Origin: Chloroflexota bacterium
GTDB lineage: Bacteria > Chloroflexota > UBA11872 > VXOZ01
Reading direction: 5' to 3'
Length of the DNA stretch: 64,000 nucleotides
Assembly: GCA_965220015.1 (NCBI GenBank)
Contig: OZ244798.1
Location: 2,273,422 to 2,337,421, forward strand
A program made the translations under genes and the position numbers. Shown here piece by piece: positions 28,519 through 37,810 of this stretch; the first letter of the stretch is position 1; each line of letters starts with the position of its first letter. Below the pieces are notes generated by a model, which was given only the letters and a program-made list of their open reading frames with translations, did not search any database and was not told the DNA's origin.

Positions 28519-29577
28519 TCAGTGACAGTAGCGAAACCATGCTGCTACAACCGTGCGGCGGACGAGCGGCCACGTTGTGCCAGGGCAGGCAATACCTACC
28601 CTCGCCAAAAGGTCCCGGGCCAAAGCCAGCAGTTCCCTGTCCGGTCGGGATTCGTCCCAGGCGGCGAGCGTCAAGTACTGTGCCGCTTCGATAGCGCCGC
28701 GTATCGTATTACTGGAAGCGTAATTTGCGATAAAGTGTGCAAGGTCCTGCGGAGTCGTAAAGGGTCGGTCGCGTGCATACATCCAGTTCATCAAGTAAGT
28801 GAACGTTGGCAGCAGCGCCGCGCGGGTTCGCCGCCAAAAGGCATCAGGCGGCATACCGAGACTTGCCGGTTCGAGCCCCTGCCGCAAGCGCCATGCCGCC
28901 GCCGCGAGCGCAACGCTCTCGCTAGCGGCGGGAACCAGTGAACGCAGGAGGTCGCGTTTGCCCTCATACCGAATGGCGTACATCCCGTGAAGCAGCGCAA
29001 CGGCATCTGCAATCGCAAATGCCGCCTTGCTGGATTGGTATGCGAGGAAGATGCCGGTCTCTTCGTCGGCTTGCGGTGTTTCCGGGCCGTCTTCAACGCA
29101 CTCCAGCAAGCAAATCATCCGGTTGAGCAGCAAGACCTGCGCCTCGATAAGAGGGATGTCTGACGGCTGCCAGTCAAGCAACGTGTCCAGGAGTGTCGCA
29201 TCTCCATGTACCACGTAGCCCGCATGCCGCAGATCAAAGTTGAAGATGCTTGGCGGTAACCACGCAAACCGATGGAGGCCGACGCCGAGCAGGTCTACGC
29301 CGCGCATGCCAAGCATGCGCGCGACCTGACGCGCCAGATCTTTGAGAAACCGAGGGTCGGGCTCAATCTTGGCAACCACCACCACGTCGTAATCATTGAA
29401 CGGCTGCAGTCCCCCGGCAGAATTCTGGAACGCACCCTCACCGTGGGCGAAACTGCCGGTAAGAATGAGCGTCTCAACATCGGGTATGCTGTGACAGACC
29501 GCCTGCCGGAGGCGTTCCATGTCCTGCGCGACGCGAGGATGGATGCGCTTGTCTGTTTCCGCCACCATGTACTCCAT
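28519..29577 (-). CDS. Hypothetical protein with a possible Pol-beta-type nucleotidyltransferase fold
   Basis: LILTGSFAHGEG...FNDYDVVVV resembles the G[GS]...D-x-D NTase motif. The stop is 1 nt from the start of the downstream fusion gene, so they are probably translationally coupled. The remainder is helical with no motif I recognise. Confidence 0.4.
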   Translation of the reverse strand: MEYMVAETDKRIHPRVAQDMERLRQAVCHSIPDVETLILTGSFAHGEGAFQNSAGGLQPFNDYDVVVVAKIEPDPRFLKDLARQVARMLGMRGVDLLGVGLHRFAWLPPSIFNFDLRHAGYVVHGDATLLDTLLDWQPSDIPLIEAQVLLLNRMICLLECVEDGPETPQADEETGIFLAYQSSKAAFAIADAVALLHGMYAIRYEGKRDLLRSLVPAASESVALAAAAWRLRQGLEPASLGMPPDAFWRRTRAALLPTFTYLMNWMYARDRPFTTPQDLAHFIANYASSNTIRGAIEAAQYLTLAAWDESRPDRELLALARDLLARVGIACPGTTWPLVRRTVVAAWFRYCH

Positions 29578-29721
29578 TATATTGCTACTCGCGGCAGGCT
29601 GCGCAGGTCGTATTGTGTTGCGCTTTTTGACCTTGCGCCGGTGTCACCGTACAATGCAGAACGAGTGTTCACGCTTAGGCACACCCAACCACGCACGCCA
29701 TGGTTGAAGGAGAAGGAAACT

Positions 29722-30192
29722 ATGACACCGGAAGAGAAACTCAAAGAACTTGGATTCGAACTTCAGACGCCGAACGCGCCGATCGCAAACTATGTGCCCT
29801 GGGTGCGCACAGGGAACCTCGTCTACTTATCGGGCCAGGGCCCCAATCGCGCCGGCGACCCCAACTCCCCTAACTACGACGGCAAGGTGGGCGAGACGTA
29901 CAGTATTGAGGAAGGCTACAAGGCCGCGCAGCTCACCGCCTTCAATCTTCTCTGCGCCCTCAAGGATGCTACCGGCGACCTCAGCAAGGTCAGCCGCATT
30001 GTCAAGGTGCTGGGCATGGTCAACGGCACGCCGGACTTTGCCGACCAACCCAAGGTAATGAATGGCTGCTCCGATCTCTTGGTGGAGGTCTTTGGCGACA
30101 AGGGCAAGCACGCCCGTTCAGCAGTCGGCATGGGTGCGCTGCCAAATAACATACCGGTCGAAATCGAAATCATCGTCGAAGTTGAAGACTAG
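29722..30192 (+). CDS. RidA/YjgF/UK114 family protein
   Basis: MTPEEKLKELGFELQTPNAPIANYVPWVRTGNLVYLSGQGP ... ARSAVGMGALPNNIPVEIEIIVEV. RBS gaaggagaagg lies 8 nt upstream of the ATG at 29722. The long upstream extension in the ORF track (from 29272) is antisense to the previous gene. Confidence 0.85.
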   Translation: MTPEEKLKELGFELQTPNAPIANYVPWVRTGNLVYLSGQGPNRAGDPNSPNYDGKVGETYSIEEGYKAAQLTAFNLLCALKDATGDLSKVSRIVKVLGMVNGTPDFADQPKVMNGCSDLLVEVFGDKGKHARSAVGMGALPNNIPVEIEIIVEVED

Positions 30193-30413
30193 CACAACCA
30201 GCGAATGATCCGGCATCCTCGTGAACGCGCGCATTGAGCGAATTGCGAAGATGCTCTTGGCAAGGTAGCAGGAGACCGCATTCGCCTGAGTTCAGCACGT
30301 GCTGGCTGCTCAAGACGTTGGCGCCTGTCAGGGAGTGGCTAGTAGCCCTGTTCGCAGGCGTTGTGCCAGGTGGTTTTCCCAAGCTTGGGTCTCGCAGCAA
30401 GTACACGTTGCTC

Positions 30414-30442
30414 GGTAGCGCAGGTTAGAAACCCGCGCTACC
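30414..30442. repeat. REP-like hairpin, family D (ggtagcgcaggtt-NNNN-aacctgcgc)
   Basis: ggtagcgcaggttagaaacccgcgctacc. Related copies at 35929-35955 and 58399-58424. Confidence 0.55.
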
Positions 30443-30603
30443 GGACAGTTCCTCTTTGCGTGATCTTCACTGTTTCCGCAGCACCAAAGTATGCGGCCCT
30501 CTTGCAAGTAGCCAGTAGTAGCTGCGTTTTCAACGCACCCCGGCGCAAAGGCCAGTGTTGGAACGAAATTCCCTAGTGTCATTGTGAGCGTTTAGGCGTC
30601 GGC

Positions 30604-31356
30604 ATGGCCGGATCACAAGAACACGGCGCAACAAGAACACCCCTCGATCGGCTGCTCGTTACGCGCAGCCTCTTCCCAAGCCGCGAAAAGGCCGCATTTT
30701 CCATTCGTACCGGTGGGGTACAGGTCAACGGCAGGACGATTACCAAACCGGCAGCTCAGGTTGACCCAGACGCGCAGATTTTCGTCGACGTGCAGGGCGC
30801 GCTGCGCATCGGCCGTGGTGAGCGCAAACTGGCGGGGGTGCTAGAGCGCTTCGGCATAGACTGCAGCGGCAGAGTGGCCCTCGACGTCGGCAGCGGCGCC
30901 GGCGGCTTCACATGGCTCTTGCTCCGGCAAGGCGTCCGGCGGGTCTTCGCCGTAGACGTGGGGAGCGATCAACTGAGCGAGAAACTGAGGGCAGACCCAA
31001 GAGTCGCGGTCTACGAACAGACCGACGTGCGCGACCTCACTTCACTGCCCGACCTGCCGCACGTCGCCCTAGTTGACGTTTCCTTCATCTCATTGCGGGC
31101 CGTCTTGCCACATGTGTGCACACTGATACGAGCTGACGCAGACCTCGTTGTTCTTCTCAAACCGCAGTTTGAATTAGGCTCGGTCGCCCTGCAGAAAGGC
31201 GAGACAGTGCGCAAAGCACATACGCAAGGCCGCATTCGCGATGCCTTCATTGCGTGGTGTCCGGCGCACAATCTCGCGGTGAGGGGCGTCGTCGAGAGTC
31301 CGCTGCCCGGCAAGCACGGCGATCGCGAGCTTTTCCTCCACCTCAAGCCCGTGTAG
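30604..31356 (+). CDS. tlyA: TlyA family 16S/23S rRNA (cytidine-2'-O)-methyltransferase
   Basis: N-terminal S4-like RLDRLLVTRSLFPSREKAAFSIRTGGVQVNG. ERKL motif region GERKLAGVLERFGI. SAM motif LDVGSGAGGFT. DVSFISL. Confidence 0.85.
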   Translation: MAGSQEHGATRTPLDRLLVTRSLFPSREKAAFSIRTGGVQVNGRTITKPAAQVDPDAQIFVDVQGALRIGRGERKLAGVLERFGIDCSGRVALDVGSGAGGFTWLLLRQGVRRVFAVDVGSDQLSEKLRADPRVAVYEQTDVRDLTSLPDLPHVALVDVSFISLRAVLPHVCTLIRADADLVVLLKPQFELGSVALQKGETVRKAHTQGRIRDAFIAWCPAHNLAVRGVVESPLPGKHGDRELFLHLKPV

Positions 31357-31418
31357 GGGATCGACCGCTCTCTAGACTCTGCAACGGGCGAGCAACCAAC
31401 CGGCCCCGCACATCGAGT

Positions 31419-32993
31419 TCAAGTTGTCGGCGAACTGGACGGCTCGGGGTCTTGCACCCCGGAGCTCGACATTAGCGCGCTGAATGGGTGGAGCTTGTGA
31501 ACGCAGTGATTGCCGGTATCCGCCACATAGACGTGATCTCCCTCATCCACAGCGATCCCGCATGGATCCGAAAACAGTCCCTGCTTACCGGCAGCCATTG
31601 GGCCCCATTCGAAGAGCGGCTCGCCGTCAGCGGACAACTCCTGTACGCGGTTGTTCCACGTGTCCACTACATAGATTCTGCCGCTCCGGTCCAGGGCAAT
31701 GCCGCTGGGATTGCGAAATTGACCCGGTTCGGATCCTTCTTCGCCCCATTGCTGCGTTGGTTCACCCTCCGCTGAGAGTTTCTGGACACGATGATTACCC
31801 GAATCCGTCACGTAGACCCAGCCCTCGTGATCAACCGCAATGCCAGTCGGCGCGCGGAATTCACCCGGCTCATCGCCGGACGACCCCCACAATTCTAGCA
31901 ATTCACCGCTCGCAGACAGCTTCTGGATGCGGTTATTGCCGGTGTCTGCGACAAAGATTTCACCGGCGGAATTCACCGCGACCCCACCGGGCGAACGGAA
32001 TTGTCCGGGCTTGGAGCCCTGCTCACCCCACTGACGCAGGGGTTGGCCTTCGGCGGATAGCTTCTGGATGCGGTGATTGAGTGTGTCCGACACAAACATC
32101 TGACCGTCCACGTCAATCGTCAAGCCGCGGGGGGAGCGAAACTCGCCCGGCTTCTGCCCGGTATTTCCCCATTGCGCAGCCGCTTCCCCATCAGTAGAAA
32201 GCTTCTGGACACGGTTATTGAGTGTGTCGGCCAGGTACATGTTTCCCTGTGGGTCCAGCGCTACATCGTGTGGAGAGCTAAACTGCCCCTCTCTTGATCC
32301 AAGCTCTCCCCAGATCGAAATGCTGCGGCGCCGCTGACTAGATTGCACGCGGCGGATTATCCTCACAGCCCAGACTATCATGACGACAAGCGCAACCAGG
32401 GAAAGCGGCAGTAACCACAGCTCGCCGAGCAACAATGGGAAATCATACAGAATGTGGAGAATCACCGGAATCACCCAGGCCAAACGCAAGGATCGTCCCC
32501 GGCGCGCTTCACCAAACGTGCCCTGTGCAAGGTAGTACCCCATGATGGCGCCGAGCGCGGCGTGCGCGGGAACCGAGGTAGAAGCTCGTAGCGCCGCTCC
32601 CAGCACATCTCCCTCTATGACAAAGGCGATGCTTTCAAAAGTTGCAAATCCGAGGGAAGCGACGACACCGTAGACCACCCCATCGAACGGCTCAGCCAGC
32701 CGCTTGCGCTGGCACGAGTAGCCAACGAGTATCCAATACTTGAATGATTCTTCGAGAATTGCGGTGCCGAGAATTGCTCTTGCCAATGCAACGAAGAAGT
32801 AGCTGGGCATGAGGACATAGATAAGCGATATGGGAAATCCCAAAATGATCACCGGCAACGTGATGAGGATACCGAAGCCAAACGTAGCCCAGAGGATAGT
32901 TCGCGGCTGCGGATATTGTGGCCGGCTGTGCAGGTACCACATGAGAATGAGGCCCGGCACCACCGCGGAAGAAAACAAGACTAGTGGTTGCAA
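31419..32993 (-). CDS. PrsW-family intramembrane metalloprotease fused to a C-terminal six-bladed NHL-repeat domain
   Basis: The N-terminal ~230 aa are multi-TM with LEESFKY (EExxK) and HILYDF (HxxxD) PrsW motifs. A final TM follows, then six repeats G.F..P.G.A.D..G...V.D..N.R.QKLS. Confidence 0.8.
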   Translation of the reverse strand: MQPLVLFSSAVVPGLILMWYLHSRPQYPQPRTILWATFGFGILITLPVIILGFPISLIYVLMPSYFFVALARAILGTAILEESFKYWILVGYSCQRKRLAEPFDGVVYGVVASLGFATFESIAFVIEGDVLGAALRASTSVPAHAALGAIMGYYLAQGTFGEARRGRSLRLAWVIPVILHILYDFPLLLGELWLLPLSLVALVVMIVWAVRIIRRVQSSQRRRSISIWGELGSREGQFSSPHDVALDPQGNMYLADTLNNRVQKLSTDGEAAAQWGNTGQKPGEFRSPRGLTIDVDGQMFVSDTLNHRIQKLSAEGQPLRQWGEQGSKPGQFRSPGGVAVNSAGEIFVADTGNNRIQKLSASGELLELWGSSGDEPGEFRAPTGIAVDHEGWVYVTDSGNHRVQKLSAEGEPTQQWGEEGSEPGQFRNPSGIALDRSGRIYVVDTWNNRVQELSADGEPLFEWGPMAAGKQGLFSDPCGIAVDEGDHVYVADTGNHCVHKLHPFSALMSSSGVQDPEPSSSPTT

Positions 32994-33336
32994 CGCAGCC
33001 TCCCTGCTACACCTATCGCCATCTTTGTACTTATGTTCAGTTGAATGATCTCAAACTCGCGCATTTCGCCCGTACTTCCCCGCCGAATTGGATACTCCGC
33101 GAGAGTCTTGGGGGTAGACATTCGGCAGCTCAATCCCTTGCCTGCTTTTTCACACGGCGAAACAGTCCCCATCTAAGGGTCGAGGATTTGGAAAACGAGC
33201 GTTCACCGCCGCAGAGGACGTTCCTCTCCCCGCTAAGCGTGACACGAAGCAATCGAAGTGTGCAAGCCCGTTCACCTCCAATGAGAAGGCTAAGAGCTTG
33301 CTTCCCAGTGAATGGATGGCAGGGCCAACAGCCCCT

Positions 33337-35697
33337 CTATGGGACAAAATCAATCCACGTGGGACTCGACCATGCCCGCGGTCCCCAGGCTGGGGCAACG
33401 TTGGAAAGGTGGTTGCGCCAAGCCATTGATTGTTCGACCCAAAGGTAGTAGAAGTGCGGGCCGGGTGACGCATCAGTATCGGTATAGACGCCCGACGCAT
33501 GCTCGTCAACAGCTTCACAAGCGCTAATCACCTGGCCGTCACGCACCAGCTTGATGGTCGCCGGTTGATTTCGTAGCTGCACCTTCCAACTGATTTCCGG
33601 CGGCGCCTCAGTCCTGCCCTCGCCTCCCATGAAGACGTCGGAAACCCAGACTTGCACGGCAATACGGGAACCGTCGGTAGCGAAACAACGGTGCTGCCGC
33701 AGCGCATCGAGAATCGCCGGGCGCGTCAACTCTTCGGCGTAAATTCCCGTCAGCCCGCCACCGGTACCCGCCGTGCGGCGGTGGCCGTCGCTGCAACCGA
33801 TGAAGCCCAGCTTGCGGCCACTCTTGAGCACATCGTGGATCTTCCGCCGATACTCCCGGTCGAGCATATGCACGCGCCAGCCGGAGCAAACCTCCATGTT
33901 CGTCTCCGTCCCTGAGTCGGATAAGTATTGCCAGTGTTCGTGGTGCGGGTGCAAGATCGCGCCATGCTGCTCAGCGTGCGCGGCAAGCGCCGAGAGCGGC
34001 GCTCCTTCCACTTCCGTATAACGCAGGAGCGGCAAGTCTTTGTCTCCGGCAATCACCGTGCGGTGATTAGAGGTCCTGGCGCCGGTTGCGCGACTCATCT
34101 GCGACCACTCGAACGCAGGAAGTAAGACCAGATCGTCCAAGTGCTGAAAGTGACGCGCAAAGTGGTAGTCCAGGTCGTATTCCGACGTCGTGAGGCTGAG
34201 GAGGTGCTTATCGTTATCGGAAATAGCCATGCAATCCAGGTGAGCTTTGTCGCGCGCGTAGGCGATCAGTTCGTCAACGTAGCCCTCCGCATCGGCAGAA
34301 TGCGTTGAATGCACGTGCAGGTCCGCCCAATAGAGTGAAAGCTCAGTTTCTCTCTGCTCTTTCGTCTCCGCTCTTGCAACATTCTCCTGGACTTGCACAC
34401 GCGGCCTGGGCTCCAGGCGGGGTTCATCCACCGTTACGGGAAAGCATCCGTGCCAAGCTCCCTCATCGCGCAAGACCGGCAAGTCAGCCACGCCATACGC
34501 CGCCACACAAACGTCTTCCACCGAAATCTCCGGCGCAACCCGCGCAGTCACCCAAAGGCCTTCCTTCCCAGCGGCGTTCGCAACCGGTGTGTAGTAACGG
34601 GGTCCGTCAGCAATGAAGCGGGTATCGTGGACGTTGGGCAGAGATTGGTCGGCAGTCGTTTCGAGACGCCGCCCGCAGAGCACGCCCGGCGTAATGGTCG
34701 TGTTGCCGTTCGCATACTTCTTGCGTTCCCAGAGCAACCAGACGCCCCCATCAGAGTCTGGAACCACCAGCGGCTTGCGCCGCCTGCCAAGATAGCCCCA
34801 GACTCCCAAGCCCTGCCACTCCAACATGCCCCAAGCCAGGATTCCGAGGTCCGGCGAGCCGCTGGTGTCACGCACCAGCTCCCAGTGCCCGCCGACTCGC
34901 CGCGCGACCCGAGCCACGGGCCACTGGTCGAGCACCCTCGTGTCGCTCACGACTTCCTGGCGACAGAGCCACGCAATCCAGGGATTGCCCTCGCTGTCAA
35001 CAGTGAGTGACGGCACGAGTTGCCACGCTTCTGGCGTAACCATGGCCGTCTCAACAGCGCGGTCGGATACTGTCTCTCTGAGAGTCACAGCGCCGCTATT
35101 GTCCACAAAGGCGGCGTGAATGCCAAAGGTGCTGCCATCATAGGCATCCCAAGCCACCCAACAGCCGTCTGGCGTCACAGCCACCTCCGGGCGTTGCACC
35201 CACCCGGCCGCGGGCGTTACGTCTATCGGTACCGACCAGTCTGCGCCTTCATTGACGACGAGTCGGATGACGTATTCGCCGGGAGACTCAGCCTCGCACC
35301 ACACCGCTGCCATGCGTTCATCCGTAGAGTCAGCGTGGAGCGAGACTACGAAACCCCTGCTGCCAAGTGGTTTGGGGGCTTCCCAACCGGATTCAGAGCG
35401 CGTGGAGCCAACGGCAGCATAGGTTTGACTTGAATCCTGGCTGATCCAGGCGCTTACCGGCACGCCCCGGACAATTCCAACGCAGGGCGAGTGATTTCTG
35501 CCCCCTTCTGGAGTCAGCGTCTCAATTTGCGCAGGCGCGTCACCGTGCATTGCTCTCGCGTAGATTTTCTCGTCGTCCCGCTGATAGCCCTGCCACACGG
35601 TCCATAGCGTGTCACCACTGCAGACCGCATGCGGCGTGTGGCATTCGATGCCCTGTAATTCCGCTGACAGAACCGCGTGCTTGATTGTATCCGTCAT
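33337..35697 (-). CDS. PHP/CehA-McbA-type metallohydrolase (DUF3604-like) with large N-terminal beta-rich domain
   Basis: C-terminal half: YWADLHVHSTHSADAEGY, AISDNDKH, PAFEWS, GCSDGHRRTAGTGGGLTGIYAEELTRPAILDALRQHRCFATDGSRI (PHP-type metal-binding pattern). The N-terminal ~420 aa are repetitive W/G-rich strands. Confidence 0.65.
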   Translation of the reverse strand: MTDTIKHAVLSAELQGIECHTPHAVCSGDTLWTVWQGYQRDDEKIYARAMHGDAPAQIETLTPEGGRNHSPCVGIVRGVPVSAWISQDSSQTYAAVGSTRSESGWEAPKPLGSRGFVVSLHADSTDERMAAVWCEAESPGEYVIRLVVNEGADWSVPIDVTPAAGWVQRPEVAVTPDGCWVAWDAYDGSTFGIHAAFVDNSGAVTLRETVSDRAVETAMVTPEAWQLVPSLTVDSEGNPWIAWLCRQEVVSDTRVLDQWPVARVARRVGGHWELVRDTSGSPDLGILAWGMLEWQGLGVWGYLGRRRKPLVVPDSDGGVWLLWERKKYANGNTTITPGVLCGRRLETTADQSLPNVHDTRFIADGPRYYTPVANAAGKEGLWVTARVAPEISVEDVCVAAYGVADLPVLRDEGAWHGCFPVTVDEPRLEPRPRVQVQENVARAETKEQRETELSLYWADLHVHSTHSADAEGYVDELIAYARDKAHLDCMAISDNDKHLLSLTTSEYDLDYHFARHFQHLDDLVLLPAFEWSQMSRATGARTSNHRTVIAGDKDLPLLRYTEVEGAPLSALAAHAEQHGAILHPHHEHWQYLSDSGTETNMEVCSGWRVHMLDREYRRKIHDVLKSGRKLGFIGCSDGHRRTAGTGGGLTGIYAEELTRPAILDALRQHRCFATDGSRIAVQVWVSDVFMGGEGRTEAPPEISWKVQLRNQPATIKLVRDGQVISACEAVDEHASGVYTDTDASPGPHFYYLWVEQSMAWRNHLSNVAPAWGPRAWSSPTWIDFVP

Positions 35698-35928
35698 AGT
35701 CGGCTACACCTCCGCCGTCCTCCTATGGAATGCTGACCCTATACCTGTTTCTTGGGAAATCCGGGTTCAATTTGCCAGAAAGCCATTAATTCGGACTTGC
35801 GCAAGAGTTGTAGGCCCTGAGCGAGAACTGCTCCGCGGGGCTTGACTCTCGCTTTCAAACTCTCACCGCTGCTTTGAAGTCCGCTGTTGTAGCGGCAACC
35901 GAATTCATCCCTCTGCGTGTCCGAGAAA

Positions 35929-35955
35929 CAGTAGCGCAGGTTTTAATCCTGCGCC
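35929..35955. repeat. REP-like hairpin, family D
   Basis: cagtagcgcaggttttaatcctgcgcc (stem gcgcagg / cctgcgc). Confidence 0.55.
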
Positions 35956-36025
35956 TTCTGCCCGCCACCGCAATCCATGTTGCTAGCTGCCACTGTGTTT
36001 AGATAATCAACCTTCGCGCATACCC

Positions 36026-37564
36026 TCAAACTTGGCCGAGATCCTTCAGAATCTCGTGGGCAGCATTGTGGCCGGGAACGCCACTAATCTCACCACCCGG
36101 ATGCTGGCCCGCTCCGCAAAGATAGAGCCCTTTCAATGGTGCCCGGTAGTGCGAAATCTCCGGCAGCGGACGGTTCCACACAAGATGTTCGCCAATGTGC
36201 TGGATGTGCCAGATACAACCGTCGGTCAACCCGTTTTCGCGTTCCAAATCGAGCGGTGTGCGCAGCTTGTAGTCGCGAATTGAGCGGCGGAAGTTCGGCG
36301 CGTGTTCGGTGATCTGATCGATGAGCCCCTCCGCCACCTGCTCGCGGACTTCATCCCAGGAGCCATTACGTAACTTCCCTGGCGCCGCGTATATCCAAAT
36401 TGAGGCTGTGTGGTACCCAGGCTGAGTGAGGCTGTCATCGACCGCGGACGGTATCGAAAAGCTTATCAAGGGCTTGCGGGGCGGGAGGCCGGCCTCCAAG
36501 TCGTCGTAACAAGCGGACATCTCGGCGCGATTGAGGCTAATTACCACTGCGCCTCTACTCGGCACGTCCGGGTCGCCGTCCCAGGCGGTCCATTGCGGCA
36601 GCTCGGAAATCACTGCCAGGAATTTGTAGCAACTGACGTGAGTGATGAGTCCCGCAATGCGCTTGCGAAAGCCGCTATCCAAGTGTGCCTCGGGCATGAG
36701 GCGCAGGAACGTCCGCTTGGGATCGAGATTGGATGCCACGACGCGGCTCCGCACTTCCCCGCCATTTGCAAGCCGGATGCCGGTCACGTTGCTGTCCTCG
36801 ACCAAAAATTCCTGAACCTCATGGTCGGTGTGAATCGTGACACCGGCCTCTTCCGCCGATTCTCTAAAGAGGCGGCTAATCACGCCAACGCCGCCGCGCA
36901 CGTAGCCGTTCGGCGGCTTGATGCCCGTTTCTTCATCAACCGCGTTCAAGGAGGCGTAGGCAAACTGAAATGCCAGCGGATTCCTGCCTGCGGCGCCCGC
37001 CTCATATGCCAGGCGGTCCTTGAGCGGCCCATCCGGCAGAAACTCATCCTGGAGGTCGTAGATCCGTGTGGTCAGCGCTTTCTCAAGCACAGCGGCGGCC
37101 GGTGTCCCGGCGATTTTCGCGCGCACCTCAGCGAGCGAGGGCGGCGGTTGGAGCCGGTACGGTGAAATCGCCCCCTGCAATGTGTTCTTGAACTCCCCAT
37201 AGCGGCGCTGTCCTTCCCGCTCTTCCTGTGTCAAGTGCAGGGCGCGATTGCGGGGCGAATCATGGGTTTTTGGCCCAAAGTACGTCCCATCCGGGAACAC
37301 CTGAATTCCCTGGCGAGGAATGACCTCCATCCCCCGTTCGAGCAGGCGAAAGTCGCGATAGATCTTCGGTTGAATGCCGTGGACCATATGGGCGCAGGTC
37401 GAGAACTTGAAGCCCGGCCACAGTTCCTCCGTAATCGCCGCCCCGCCCGTGAAAGAGCGGCGTTCAAAGACATGCACGGAAAGTCCGGCGCGCGCCAGAT
37501 AAGTCGCGGCCACCAGTCCGTTGTGCCCGCCGCCGACAATTGCTACGTCAATGTCACCCGCCAC
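36026..37564 (-). CDS. NAD(P)/FAD-dependent oxidoreductase, phytoene desaturase (CrtI)-related family
   Basis: DVAIVGGGHNGLVAATYLARAGLSVHVFERRSFTGGAA dinucleotide-binding motif. C-terminal GLYLCGAGQHPGGEISGVPGHNAA, typical of the family. Confidence 0.8.
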   Translation of the reverse strand: MAGDIDVAIVGGGHNGLVAATYLARAGLSVHVFERRSFTGGAAITEELWPGFKFSTCAHMVHGIQPKIYRDFRLLERGMEVIPRQGIQVFPDGTYFGPKTHDSPRNRALHLTQEEREGQRRYGEFKNTLQGAISPYRLQPPPSLAEVRAKIAGTPAAAVLEKALTTRIYDLQDEFLPDGPLKDRLAYEAGAAGRNPLAFQFAYASLNAVDEETGIKPPNGYVRGGVGVISRLFRESAEEAGVTIHTDHEVQEFLVEDSNVTGIRLANGGEVRSRVVASNLDPKRTFLRLMPEAHLDSGFRKRIAGLITHVSCYKFLAVISELPQWTAWDGDPDVPSRGAVVISLNRAEMSACYDDLEAGLPPRKPLISFSIPSAVDDSLTQPGYHTASIWIYAAPGKLRNGSWDEVREQVAEGLIDQITEHAPNFRRSIRDYKLRTPLDLERENGLTDGCIWHIQHIGEHLVWNRPLPEISHYRAPLKGLYLCGAGQHPGGEISGVPGHNAAHEILKDLGQV

Positions 37565-37686
37565 AGAATGCTCCTTCAGGTTCAGATTACGACGTGTTCG
37601 TGCCAGTGCTTACTGTCTCGTTCTAAGGTGAGAGTCAGCCAGATCTAGGTTGCGCATGGGGAATCCCACGCGCACGCGTGTCATTC

Positions 37687-37743
37687 AGAGCGAAGCGAGG
37701 AGTCCAAGAAATCTCGCAGGAGACGCCTTCCTCGCTTCGCTCT
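37687..37743. repeat. REP-like hairpin, family C (cattc.gagcg.agcga.ga ... inverted)
   Basis: Perfect 15-nt inverted repeat agagcgaagcgagga (37687-37701) / tcctcgcttcgctct (37729-37743) with a 27-nt loop. Related copy at 57451-57515. Confidence 0.7.
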
Positions 37744-37810
37744 CAGAGTCTACCGACCAGTCAACCAACTTCGGTATTGGCCTTAAGCAAGGCTAAGCGA
37801 AGCCAGCCGC

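Noticed and set aside
29272-29721. 150-codon N-terminal extension of the RidA ORF given in the ORF track.
   Set aside because: It is antisense to the 28519-29577 gene. A strong RBS precedes the ATG at 29722, and RidA-family proteins are about 125-160 aa.
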